From Minisyncoccota bacterium (lineage in GTDB: Bacteria > Patescibacteriota > Minisyncoccia > Phycocordibacterales > CAJBRS01), in contig DASRDX010000012.1 of the NCBI GenBank assembly GCA_035652395.1, forward strand, positions 96,778 to 160,777: 64,000 nucleotides of DNA, in the 5' to 3' direction. Of this stretch, positions 18,923-28,049 are shown in pieces (the first letter of the stretch is position 1; every line of letters begins with the position of its first letter). A program made the position numbers and the translations under genes. The notes beneath the pieces were generated by a model. The model did not search any database. It saw only the letters and a list, made by a program, of their open reading frames with translations, and was not told the DNA's origin.

Positions 18923-19246
18923 ATGACTAAAATACAGCGCACCAGCCGCGAACTCTTCAAGAGAGTGATGAAAAAAGGGCGAGGACGAAACTCAAAACAC
19001 CTATCTTTAAAATTTTTACCCCTTCAGGCTGATGAAAAAAGTTTTGTCGCCGTAGTTTCCAAAAAAAATTATAAAAGAGCGGTGGATCGTAATAAATTGA
19101 AGCGCCGGGCGCGGGCCATTTTCCGGAAATTAGAGGAAAATGCCGCGCCCGGCTCCTACATTCTTTTTTTAAAATCCAAATCCCTCCTCCTCACTTATCA
19201 AGAGCTTGAAAAAGAAGTGGCCGATTTAATCGGAATTAATAAATAA
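18923..19246 (+). CDS. rnpA: ribonuclease P protein component
   Basis: 107 aa basic protein in the canonical rpmH-rnpA-yidC arrangement. Confidence 0.85.
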   Translation: MTKIQRTSRELFKRVMKKGRGRNSKHLSLKFLPLQADEKSFVAVVSKKNYKRAVDRNKLKRRARAIFRKLEENAAPGSYILFLKSKSLLLTYQELEKEVADLIGINK

Positions 19247-19280
19247 GATAGGCTCGTGGCATTCATGTTACTATAATTAA

Positions 19281-20009
19281 ATGATCCAATACTTTTTCAA
19301 ACCGCTCTTCTATATTCCCCTCTACAATGCTCTAGTTTTTCTTCTCTCTATCTTACCGGCTGCCAGTGTGGGTCTCGCCGTCATTCTTTTAACCTGTATT
19401 GTCAAATTAATTCTCTTTCCCTTAACTCGCCAATCGGTTGTTACTACCGCTAAATTAAAAAAACTTGAACCGGAACTGGCCGTTCTTCGAAAACAATACG
19501 AAAAAGACAAACAGGAACAAGCTCGGCAAGTAATGGCATTTTATAAGAAGAACCAAATCAATCCTTTTTCCGGAGTTTGGCTTTTGCTGATTCAAACGCC
19601 TATTATTTTAAGCCTCTATTACATTTTCTTAAAAGGAGGGTTGCCAATCATTGATGTATCTCTCCTTTACCCATTTATTCACCCGCCGCAGGTGGTGGAC
19701 ATGACATTTTTGGGTCTTAACATCGCGCACCCCCAATTTATTTTTGGCCTCCTGGCCGGCGTTACACAATTTATTCAGATTCAATTGTCTGTACCGCCGG
19801 TGAAAAAGCTGGCTGACGGCACAACCCCAACTTTCAAAGACGATTTGGCCCGCAGTATGAATATGCAGTTTCGTTACGTGCTGCCTGTCGTCATTTTTAT
19901 TATTTCCCTAAAAGTTTCCGGAGCAGTCGCTCTTTACTGGGCGACCAGCAACCTATTCATTATCGGGCAGGAATTAGTAGTTCGACGGCAGCTTAAAAAA
20001 ACCTCTTAA
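19281..20009 (+). CDS. yidC: membrane protein insertase YidC (short form)
   Basis: 242 aa, multi-transmembrane, at the position of the 60 kDa inner-membrane protein family gene in the origin operon. Confidence 0.8.
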   Translation: MIQYFFKPLFYIPLYNALVFLLSILPAASVGLAVILLTCIVKLILFPLTRQSVVTTAKLKKLEPELAVLRKQYEKDKQEQARQVMAFYKKNQINPFSGVWLLLIQTPIILSLYYIFLKGGLPIIDVSLLYPFIHPPQVVDMTFLGLNIAHPQFIFGLLAGVTQFIQIQLSVPPVKKLADGTTPTFKDDLARSMNMQFRYVLPVVIFIISLKVSGAVALYWATSNLFIIGQELVVRRQLKKTS

Positions 20010-21406
20010 TGAGCCGGCGGAGTGTAAGGAGTGCTGGTTGGAGCTACAACAGGGCCTGTAGTAGCTGGCGTGCTGCTAGAAACAATTGGACCGGGAGGCT
20101 GCGTAATTAAAAGATTCCACAAGGTCAGATCTCGTTTGTTGGTAAACATTAAATAATTTTCGTTTGGATCAAGCGAAAGATTGACGGCGTCGATTGCTTG
20201 TTTGGTTAGATCGGCCGTTCTGGCAACGACAGTACGTTCTCCAGTCTGAACATTGATTTTCCAGAAATTATCGTTGAAGAAAACACTTCCCTGATACCAA
20301 ACGTCCGGATAGTTTCCTTTCTTCACTAAAATTGGCACGGCACAATAAACCACCGTAGTTGCTTTCTGACTCCAAACACATTTTTCGGGCAGAGTTTTCA
20401 AGGAAAGACTGGAAGCGCTACCGCTTTTAGTGTTGAAAAGATTTAAATCAAAATCCACCGTATTACTTTCGTTAAAAAGAATATAACTAAGATCCGGTGA
20501 GGTTAAAGTAGTTAAGCCCGGCACATTTCCCAGAACTTTAGTTAGGGAACCTGTCGTACTATTCATAAAGAAAACATAGCCGGGAATATAAGCTGAAGGT
20601 CTGGTGGTCAGAGTTAAAGTGTTAGTCTTTGGCCAACTAACTTGCCACTCTTTTAAGGGGAAATTAAAAATCTGTTTTGGCTTGGCATTATTTGGCGAAG
20701 CGACGGAACCTATTCCTCCCTGCCCCCCGGCTCGGAGATAAAAAATCTGGTCTCTCCCCGGCGAGAGAGCCAACTCCGTAATATTTTCCGGCAGGGCATA
20801 AGTGAATAAAGATTTTGGCCCACTATTTCCTCCGACCGTTGTAGTGGTGGCGGTGGAGGTGGAAACTAGAACATAAGAAGTCTCAATTGTATTTTCGTCA
20901 GAGCCTAAGTACCGAAGTAGCGCTGAATTACCCTGATTAGTAATAAGAGCTTGGTAGATTTTAGGCAGCGTGGTGTTAGTTATTTCAGCCACATCCAAAG
21001 AATCAGGTTTGGTTTCAAAGAAGTGGCTAGTAGCCCGATCAACATACCGAATAAAAGTCTGAACCAGAGAAACATTTTTAACTTGTCCTTGATTATCTAC
21101 CGTGGTTGAAGCCACCACTCGTTGAATAAAACCCGCGCCCGCTACCGGCGCTTTAGTAACCTGGCGCAAACGCGGAATGGTGACCATCGCACCGCTATCA
21201 GATTGAATGGTAGCCGTCGGGCTGGAACTAGCCGTTCCTTCCGGGCCGCCGTTAAATAAAGAAAAAATTGTACCAAAAATTCCTCCAGAACTTTGACCTT
21301 GCGACGACGACTTTCCTTTCATAATAGCCAAAGCAAATAAGACGCCGATAATTATCACCACAATTATCAAAACAACTATAACAATTTTAACTATTCTTGA
21401 AGTCAT
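20006..21406 (-). CDS. membrane-anchored Thr/Ser-rich extracellular protein (first gene of the T4SS-like locus)
   Basis: 466 aa. N-terminal transmembrane helix IVKIVIVVLIIVVIIIGVLFALAI; its stop overlaps the upstream gene. Confidence 0.4.
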   Translation of the reverse strand: MTSRIVKIVIVVLIIVVIIIGVLFALAIMKGKSSSQGQSSGGIFGTIFSLFNGGPEGTASSSPTATIQSDSGAMVTIPRLRQVTKAPVAGAGFIQRVVASTTVDNQGQVKNVSLVQTFIRYVDRATSHFFETKPDSLDVAEITNTTLPKIYQALITNQGNSALLRYLGSDENTIETSYVLVSTSTATTTTVGGNSGPKSLFTYALPENITELALSPGRDQIFYLRAGGQGGIGSVASPNNAKPKQIFNFPLKEWQVSWPKTNTLTLTTRPSAYIPGYVFFMNSTTGSLTKVLGNVPGLTTLTSPDLSYILFNESNTVDFDLNLFNTKSGSASSLSLKTLPEKCVWSQKATTVVYCAVPILVKKGNYPDVWYQGSVFFNDNFWKINVQTGERTVVARTADLTKQAIDAVNLSLDPNENYLMFTNKRDLTLWNLLITQPPGPIVSSSTPATTGPVVAPTSTPYTPPAH

Positions 21407-22389
21407 TAATGTTTAGAATTATAGAAAGTAAAGCTGAGATTACTTCCGTCATAAACAGCATTCTTTCCCGGCACCGCCAATCCCAGTGTTTGAGCGGCGT
21501 GAAGTGAGATCTCGCCGTATCCAGTCGCGCCAGCGTCTCCTACAACGGCCCAGGCGGTTTTACCAGTCTTGCTATCAGTTATTAAAACAGGAGTTCCCAT
21601 GGGAATACCTGAACCAGTGGGCACTGCTACATAGTTGTCAGTTGTGGCATCCAGGCAAGAATTATTCGGGACATAACTAGTACAACTTTTATGTGTGGTC
21701 GGATCCAAACCCGGATCAGTTCGTCCGTCGGTATCAATAGCCACATTATCAGAGTTAATAGTGTACCCTTCTATGTAGTTGTCGTTTGAATCCAGTAAAT
21801 AATTGGAGCCATCGGGGTTAATCACCGCAGTAGAGCCGTCATTGTAATCAATGTAATGGATTCCGTTACTATCATATTCATCAGCGATACCATTGCCTCC
21901 ACCAGTTGTACCAACGGTCCCGCCCGGACCATATTGACCAGCCGGCACCAGAGTTCCTCCTCCAGTCTGAGCGGCCCCGCCAACAGAAACAGGAGTAATT
22001 TGAAGATTGGTTTTAAGAAGGGCCGGATTAATAGTGTTAAGAATAACGTAGGCTCCCAAAGCCAGAATCAATCCCCAAATCGCCGAAGTCATTCGGTTGA
22101 TTCCTTCGGATTTATTAGAAACAGCATCACTTGACATATATTGGATTCCTCCAATGACTATCATGATTACAGCTAAGCCGCTGGCTAGAGCTACCCCGAA
22201 CTTAAACATAGTATTTAGATATCCGCTCAAACCTCCGGCTGCACTGTTTGTGTCAGTGTAACCATCGATTGGGGCCAAGGGCACATATCCTTGGGCTAAC
22301 CCGACAAGCGGGATCGCAAAAAACCCCAACATACTAATTAGAAAAAAGATTTTAAAAAGATTATGAAATTTTGATTTAGAAAGAAGCAT
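21406..22389 (-). CDS. VirB2/TrbC-like pilin domain fused to a C-terminal RlpA-like DPBB (lytic) domain
   Basis: Signal peptide followed by two hydrophobic helices (GVALASGLAVIMIVIGGIQY, AIWGLILALGAYVIL), then a Gly-rich linker and PMGTPVLITDSKTGKTAWAVVGDAG...GEISLHAAQTLGL, which matches the RlpA/3D core. The start is trimmed to the internal Met. Confidence 0.5.
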   Translation of the reverse strand: MLLSKSKFHNLFKIFFLISMLGFFAIPLVGLAQGYVPLAPIDGYTDTNSAAGGLSGYLNTMFKFGVALASGLAVIMIVIGGIQYMSSDAVSNKSEGINRMTSAIWGLILALGAYVILNTINPALLKTNLQITPVSVGGAAQTGGGTLVPAGQYGPGGTVGTTGGGNGIADEYDSNGIHYIDYNDGSTAVINPDGSNYLLDSNDNYIEGYTINSDNVAIDTDGRTDPGLDPTTHKSCTSYVPNNSCLDATTDNYVAVPTGSGIPMGTPVLITDSKTGKTAWAVVGDAGATGYGEISLHAAQTLGLAVPGKNAVYDGSNLSFTFYNSKH

Positions 22390-23440
22390 TTTGGCTACTA
22401 TTGTTTGAGAAGTTAACAATGATATTGGTGGAAGCGGACTGTAAAATACTTGACGGCACAGTGGCCGATACAGAAATCGCGGATTGTCCATTTTGATTAT
22501 CTGGCTTTCGGAAAACTACTTCACTTTGATGAGGATCAAGAGCCATGGCTGAATTATTTAGATACCAAGCATAATTAATAGTCTTATCAGTAGGAGAAGT
22601 GGCACTAAAATAAAATGGAAAAGCGCCAAATGTAACTTCCGAGGCGGTTAAATCGAACTGGCTGTCTAAAATTTTATTAAAAAGAATGCCGTTTAGCGGA
22701 CTGTCTTCATATAAAAGTACTTGAGGATTTTGAGACGCTACACTTATAGCTCCCGAACCACTAATGTTATTTTTTACCAAAGACGCCTCAACACTTACAT
22801 TAATTGGTTGATTCAAAATATCGCCGGTAACAGTCAGGGTTCGTTTACCGTATCCAGATTTGTCTCCAAGTACGGAATTGTTTAGGCGCCATTTATACAC
22901 CAAAGTGTTAGGGTCCACCGTCACCCCATTCGAAACAAAATTAGGGAGAGCAACGAAGGTTAAAGTGCCTTGAGGTGGATAGAGACGTTTCCCTTCATAA
23001 AATGGGGGCACATACGAATTTGCTTCCCAAACAATATCAACGCTGGCCGGACTAATATTTACCGTCTTCGTAATTCTAGTGCCGTTAACCGGTAAAATAA
23101 TAACCTGTACAGCCGAGAGACTGCCTGCCGCGCCAGTTGTAAATTCAAAGGAGGTAGCACCCACGCCGTTTTTTTGAACGACTCCATTTACTAACCAGGA
23201 AATGTCAGCTCTATTTAGATCCGTGCCAAAGGCTTCAAGAGAAAGATTAACTAGTTGACTTGGTGCAGGATTTTCAGGATTAACCTTAATATTTATCTGC
23301 TCCTCAAGCCCAGGAATTAGACTAGGTAAAGAAGGACTATTATAGTCCGTATTCTGGGCGTAGCCAATTGAGAAAAAAGAAAAAAGAAGAATCAGTAGAA
23401 GAGAAAAAGTCAGCCGAGAGTATAAATGACTAAACTTCAT
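22376..23440 (-). CDS. secreted hypothetical protein
   Basis: 354 aa with signal peptide MKFSHLYSRLTFSLLLILLFSFFSIGYAQ. Confidence 0.4.
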   Translation of the reverse strand: MKFSHLYSRLTFSLLLILLFSFFSIGYAQNTDYNSPSLPSLIPGLEEQINIKVNPENPAPSQLVNLSLEAFGTDLNRADISWLVNGVVQKNGVGATSFEFTTGAAGSLSAVQVIILPVNGTRITKTVNISPASVDIVWEANSYVPPFYEGKRLYPPQGTLTFVALPNFVSNGVTVDPNTLVYKWRLNNSVLGDKSGYGKRTLTVTGDILNQPINVSVEASLVKNNISGSGAISVASQNPQVLLYEDSPLNGILFNKILDSQFDLTASEVTFGAFPFYFSATSPTDKTINYAWYLNNSAMALDPHQSEVVFRKPDNQNGQSAISVSATVPSSILQSASTNIIVNFSNNSSQNASF

Positions 23441-23476
23441 TCTCTCAATTATATAATTTTAGACCCTTTTTTACTA

Positions 23477-23917
23477 CTAAGCGGTATCTCCGAGGGTATC
23501 TGATGAGGCATTTTCAATCGAAATCTTATTGATTTGCTTCTGATTATAAACATCATCTTCTTCTCGGGTAATTTCAGTTACTTGTCGAACAAAAGCCCTA
23601 ACACTTGGTTCAATCAACCCTTTTTTGGTGCGGCTAAAGGCGAAGACGTTCACAATGGGAATGAGAGATAGAACAAATTTGCCGGCTGCTGCCCCAGCTA
23701 TTTTCCCTTTGAAAACTGAAACACCTTTAGTGGCAAACCAGAAAGCAAACATACAATAAACTAAAGCCATAAAAATAAAGCTCACTATCTCTCCTATTCC
23801 AAACCAGTCACCGAGAATATTTACTAGAAAATTAATCCCATAGGCAGCCCAAGCCACTGCCCCCATCAACATTTCTGAAGCGGCAGATATTCTGTTGCGT
23901 GTATAAATAACTGCCAT
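23477..23917 (-). CDS. small polytopic membrane protein
   Basis: 146 aa with three predicted transmembrane helices; lies immediately downstream of virB4. Confidence 0.4.
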   Translation of the reverse strand: MAVIYTRNRISAASEMLMGAVAWAAYGINFLVNILGDWFGIGEIVSFIFMALVYCMFAFWFATKGVSVFKGKIAGAAAGKFVLSLIPIVNVFAFSRTKKGLIEPSVRAFVRQVTEITREEDDVYNQKQINKISIENASSDTLGDTA

Positions 23918-23919
23918 GA

Positions 23920-25743
23920 TTAGGTCTGCGTAGATTCTTCAGCAACTTGAGCCTTGGCCTGTTTGATGGCCAGAAGCTGGTGCGGATCGGAAGTGATGAT
24001 CTGATCTTCGGTGTAAGAAGCGATGACTTTAATGGCGACGTGTTTGAGGCCGGCGAAGAAAATTCCTTCCCCAACATCTGATTCCAAAAGCAGGTATTTT
24101 TCTTCCTCGGTTAAGTTGAAAGTTTTCTGCACCACATCAATGGAAGAAGCCGATTGTTTCATTAACATTTGAATTGACGAGTTCGTGATAATTGGCATGC
24201 CGTATTGCGACTTCATGAAATCTTCCACGTCTTGAGTAATGGTGGCGAGCCCCAAGAAATATTTTCGGCCTCGTTTAGCCAGACCGAGTAAGAACGAAGC
24301 GGTGTCTTCCGATTTCATCATCCACCAAGCCTCGTCAATTACCAACAAACGCTTTTTCAGTTCCTTGCGAATAGAATTCCAAATGAAGTGAGTGACGATA
24401 TACATTGCAACCGGTTTTAATTCATCTTCCATGTCGCGAAGTGAAAAGACCACGAACTTCTTATTAATATCCACGTTTGTCGGGCGGTTAATAAATCCGG
24501 CCCAAGTTCCTTTAGTGTATTTTGAAAGTCTTTGAACCAGCGATTCTCCCCCCTCCATGCCCGCCAGCACCAGTTCGAAGTCTGAAAGAAGGGGTGGCTC
24601 AATATTGGCGAAATTGCTCTCGGAAGTGATATCTTTAAGAGCGTAAGTTTCAGTGATGGCCCGATCAATAATGGAATCTTCTTCCGGAGTTAATCCTCCA
24701 AGCATTAACCGGAATAGACCGACTAAATTCACAATGTTGGAGCGCAAAATATCTGCTTGTGATTCGTCTTCGCGAGCGATTGGCAAATCAAATGGATTGA
24801 TGTGGTTGTCGGAAGTCAAAGAAATATTGAAGTATCGGCCACCAGTCGCTTCGGCTAGGAATTCATATTCTCTTTCCGGGTCAATGACAATGACATCGGT
24901 ATCGAACATCAACGAACGCAGAATTTCCAGTTTAGTGAAATAAGATTTTCCGGAACCGGCCTTGGCAAAAGTAACGGAGTTGTAATTTTCCAAAGAAAAG
25001 CGATCAAAGAGAATCAAGCCAGAATTATGACGGTTAATTCCGTAAAGAATTCCTTTATCGGAAGTTAAATCAAAAGAAATAAAAGGAAATAGGCTGGAGA
25101 GCGGCGAGGAATTTAATTTTGATCGAACTTCCAGAAGGTCGGTAGCAATTGGCAGAATGCTTTTATATCCCTGCTCCTGCTGGAAAAGAGCCGGTTTGAC
25201 GTAAACTAGACTGGCTTCCAGAATCGATTTCACTTCGGATTCCAATTTATCCAACTCACCTTCATTGGCTCCGTAAATGGAAATGTAAAGACCGACATCA
25301 AAGATTCTTTCTTGGGCTTGTTGAAGATTGTCGCGAAGTTGTTCCAAATCCTGATAAGCAGTGTCAAGAACTGGATCGCGTACCAGTCCTTTTTCTTCCC
25401 GAATGGAAATCTGACTTTCTACTTCGGCCACCTTTTTCTGAAACTGGCGGAGAATAGTGGCAGTATCAATCGGATGAACAAAAATGGAAATATCGAAGAC
25501 CTTGTCCAAGTTGATGATGGGAGAAAACCATGATTCGCCAAGAAATCTAGGGTAGGAAATGACAAAGAAAGTGCGCACCATTTTATCACCCAGATTCATT
25601 TCCCGCGGCGTAATTTTTAGGGCAGACGGAGCGATAATATCTTTCAGCTCCAAAACCCCTGATTGATAAATCTCCTGCGGCAGGATGGAAGTAATCTTAG
25701 GTGTCTCCTTCTGTTCGGGTTTTAAAAAGTCCAATAAAGCCAT
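23920..25743 (-). CDS. virB4: T4SS ATPase VirB4/TrbE family (Gram-positive PrgJ/TcpF-like)
   Basis: 607 aa. Walker A FAKAGSGKSYFTK, Walker B-like VIDEAWWMM, NPFD motif. Confidence 0.8.
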   Translation of the reverse strand: MALLDFLKPEQKETPKITSILPQEIYQSGVLELKDIIAPSALKITPREMNLGDKMVRTFFVISYPRFLGESWFSPIINLDKVFDISIFVHPIDTATILRQFQKKVAEVESQISIREEKGLVRDPVLDTAYQDLEQLRDNLQQAQERIFDVGLYISIYGANEGELDKLESEVKSILEASLVYVKPALFQQEQGYKSILPIATDLLEVRSKLNSSPLSSLFPFISFDLTSDKGILYGINRHNSGLILFDRFSLENYNSVTFAKAGSGKSYFTKLEILRSLMFDTDVIVIDPEREYEFLAEATGGRYFNISLTSDNHINPFDLPIAREDESQADILRSNIVNLVGLFRLMLGGLTPEEDSIIDRAITETYALKDITSESNFANIEPPLLSDFELVLAGMEGGESLVQRLSKYTKGTWAGFINRPTNVDINKKFVVFSLRDMEDELKPVAMYIVTHFIWNSIRKELKKRLLVIDEAWWMMKSEDTASFLLGLAKRGRKYFLGLATITQDVEDFMKSQYGMPIITNSSIQMLMKQSASSIDVVQKTFNLTEEEKYLLLESDVGEGIFFAGLKHVAIKVIASYTEDQIITSDPHQLLAIKQAKAQVAEESTQT

Positions 25744-25763
25744 GGTTTTTTGGGAATTATACC

Positions 25764-26402
25764 TTAAGTGAGAGGAATAGGTTTTTCCGTATCTCCCGGA
25801 TTAAAAATTTTATAAAAGAGCTCGATTAACTCCTCTGTTCCGAGCTGAACCACTCGAATACCGCAACGCACCAACCCCTGTTCCACAACGTCAATTCGCT
25901 GTTCCAGCTGGGTTCGATGCTCCTCAAAACTTTGGATGTTATCAGCCGCCACTTCCTTTGGGTTTTTTCTTTTCAAGAATCCCCCACCAATAGTTTTTTT
26001 GGCTTGAAGCATGGCCGGAGTATATGGAATAACAATAAAAAAACTTTTAGTCATGATATTGGTGTTTTCAGTAAAATTTTTGATGAACTCAATGTATTCA
26101 TGAGTCTGGATTTTCATCAGATCGATTTTTTGTTCTTTTTCCCGCTGCTCGAGAAGGGCGATGTAAGGACGAATGTCGAGTTTGCGCGACTGAACGAAAA
26201 TCTGAATGGAAAAATTCAGGGAGTTTAGAAAATTTTGAAATTGGAAAATAATGGAATTCTGCTCATCCGCTGATTTCAGGGCAAAGTTTAAAGAAGAAGT
26301 CATAATTAAGGAGCGCAATGATCCGTCTTTCAATACAATAACGCCGTCTCGAATTTCTTTGATCGGTACAAATTCCTGTGTTGCTTTTGAAGGAGTAGCC
26401 AT
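25764..26402 (-). CDS. T4SS-associated hypothetical protein
   Basis: 212 aa in a different frame from virB4, separated by 20 nt. No catalytic motif seen; it weakly resembles VirB4 N-terminal regions. Confidence 0.35.
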   Translation of the reverse strand: MATPSKATQEFVPIKEIRDGVIVLKDGSLRSLIMTSSLNFALKSADEQNSIIFQFQNFLNSLNFSIQIFVQSRKLDIRPYIALLEQREKEQKIDLMKIQTHEYIEFIKNFTENTNIMTKSFFIVIPYTPAMLQAKKTIGGGFLKRKNPKEVAADNIQSFEEHRTQLEQRIDVVEQGLVRCGIRVVQLGTEELIELFYKIFNPGDTEKPIPLT

Positions 26403-26404
26403 TT

Positions 26405-26854
26405 TTAAATTCTTAAGCCTAAATCTTCATCGCGCTTCTTGCGAGTTTCCTGTGAATAAAGAGTGTCATTGATGTCCAGACTCCAAGTTAAATCTTTCAA
26501 TTTGCTTTCGGAAAGCTTTGGCACATAAATGGAGGAAACAGCGGCACTTTCTTCTTTTTTCTCTTCCGGTTTTCTCTCTTCCTTTTTCCAGATGTAGAGC
26601 TTGTGACTGATGGCGTAATTAAAAGCCGATTCCATAAGGAGAATAAACGGACGATTATTGACCTTGTAAAAAGCCAAAGCGATTCCCAGGCCGAGCGATC
26701 CTAAAATGGGTAGGACGGCTACGTAAAGAGGAAGGTAACGGAAAAAAATGTAAGAAAGTCCCGCTCCACCGGCCAAATAAAGGAACTGTTTGAAAGTTAG
26801 CGGTCCAAAGATCTTATCCTCTACTTCAATGAATTGTGGAACTTGATAGCGCAT
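26405..26854 (-). CDS. PrgI/VirB3-like small membrane protein
   Basis: 149 aa. MRYQVPQFIEVEDKIFGPLTFKQFLYL followed by two transmembrane helices, as in Gram-positive conjugation PrgI-family proteins. Confidence 0.5.
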   Translation of the reverse strand: MRYQVPQFIEVEDKIFGPLTFKQFLYLAGGAGLSYIFFRYLPLYVAVLPILGSLGLGIALAFYKVNNRPFILLMESAFNYAISHKLYIWKKEERKPEEKKEESAAVSSIYVPKLSESKLKDLTWSLDINDTLYSQETRKKRDEDLGLRI

Positions 26855-27231
26855 TATCGCTTACCTCCCTTGACCAGCTTGCCGATTTCCTTACTCACAA
26901 GGGCGGTTTGTGATGCTATTTTATCAAATGAATCGGGCTTTAGATAGCCGAGATCGCGCGCTACAAGAAGATAATTTTGAATTTCCCGCACCGCCTTTAG
27001 GGAAAAGGTGTAAAACTGCACCTTTTCCCTAAAGGCGGTGCGTCCAAAACCCTCCGCAATATTGGTAGTAATGGCCAGAGCCGAACGTTTTAACTGGCTA
27101 CTTAAACCACTCTGATCCTCTTGAGGAAAGTTTCGGACCACTTTGAAAATAAGGAGGATTAATTGATGACCTTCCTGCCAGGCGCTAAGATCGGTGAAGG
27201 ATTTTATTTTTTCAATCCTTATTTCCATCAA
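26854..27231 (-). CDS. four-helix-bundle protein (TIGR02436 family, the type found in 23S rRNA intervening sequences)
   Basis: 125 aa. FKVVRNFPQEDQSGLSSQLKRSALAITTNIAEGFGR matches the family pattern. Confidence 0.65.
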   Translation of the reverse strand: MMEIRIEKIKSFTDLSAWQEGHQLILLIFKVVRNFPQEDQSGLSSQLKRSALAITTNIAEGFGRTAFREKVQFYTFSLKAVREIQNYLLVARDLGYLKPDSFDKIASQTALVSKEIGKLVKGGKR

Positions 27232-28040
27232 TTAACAGGTTCTCGATACGGATCGATTTTAGAAGGAGTGGGCGGTGTGGGAGTTGGTGGTGGCGTTTCT
27301 TTTACTTCGATTTCTTGTCGCGGGGCTCGCACGGTTTCAGTCAATTTGTCCGGAAGGATAGTAGCAGCCGGAACTTCAGAAGTTGGTGTACTTATTGGTT
27401 GCGCCTTCGGCGCAACCTCAACTCTCTCTTCCGTTCGGCTCTTCATCTCTTCCTCCATGGCTGCCCTTCTAAAATCATCCATTCTTTTAGCATCGGTGGT
27501 CACGCTCATATCACGATCTCTCAACCTTTCGCCAATATTTGCCAGTCCACTAGAACTTCTTTTCGGCATTACATTTTGGTGGTCCGGTACAGTAATTGGT
27601 CTAGAATGTGCCGCAACTCTCACTGGCTCCTCAATTTCTCTCAAAAGATTGTCTTTATTTAGATTTTGTTCGCTCTCTGTATTAGATTGACGAGCCTCTT
27701 GTGCGTCCTCCTCTTTAATTTTTTCTGCCATTGTCTGAAGAGAGGATTTTATAGAAGAAAAAATACTATTATTTACATCATCAACAATTAGCGAGGCTTT
27801 ATCTCGGGGGATTCTAAGTTCCCGTACTAAATTATTAAGATACTCATCAGCGCTTTCAAGACCCACCAAAATCATCAAGGTTTCATTCTCTAATATGTCG
27901 GCCTGGTCAATGTGGAGCTGATGTTTCTTACTAATTTCCGCCAGCTTTGCTCCAATATCATTATTCAAAATAGCCTCCTTAATATTACTCGGAAGGTTTT
28001 GGAGTTGTGGCTCTATGATTTTAAAAATTTCTTCGTTCAT
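27228..28040 (-). CDS. hypothetical protein with a Pro/Thr-rich C-terminus
   Basis: 270 aa with no recognisable motifs. Confidence 0.3.
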   Translation of the reverse strand: MNEEIFKIIEPQLQNLPSNIKEAILNNDIGAKLAEISKKHQLHIDQADILENETLMILVGLESADEYLNNLVRELRIPRDKASLIVDDVNNSIFSSIKSSLQTMAEKIKEEDAQEARQSNTESEQNLNKDNLLREIEEPVRVAAHSRPITVPDHQNVMPKRSSSGLANIGERLRDRDMSVTTDAKRMDDFRRAAMEEEMKSRTEERVEVAPKAQPISTPTSEVPAATILPDKLTETVRAPRQEIEVKETPPPTPTPPTPSKIDPYREPVN

Positions 28041-28049
28041 GAATCTATA

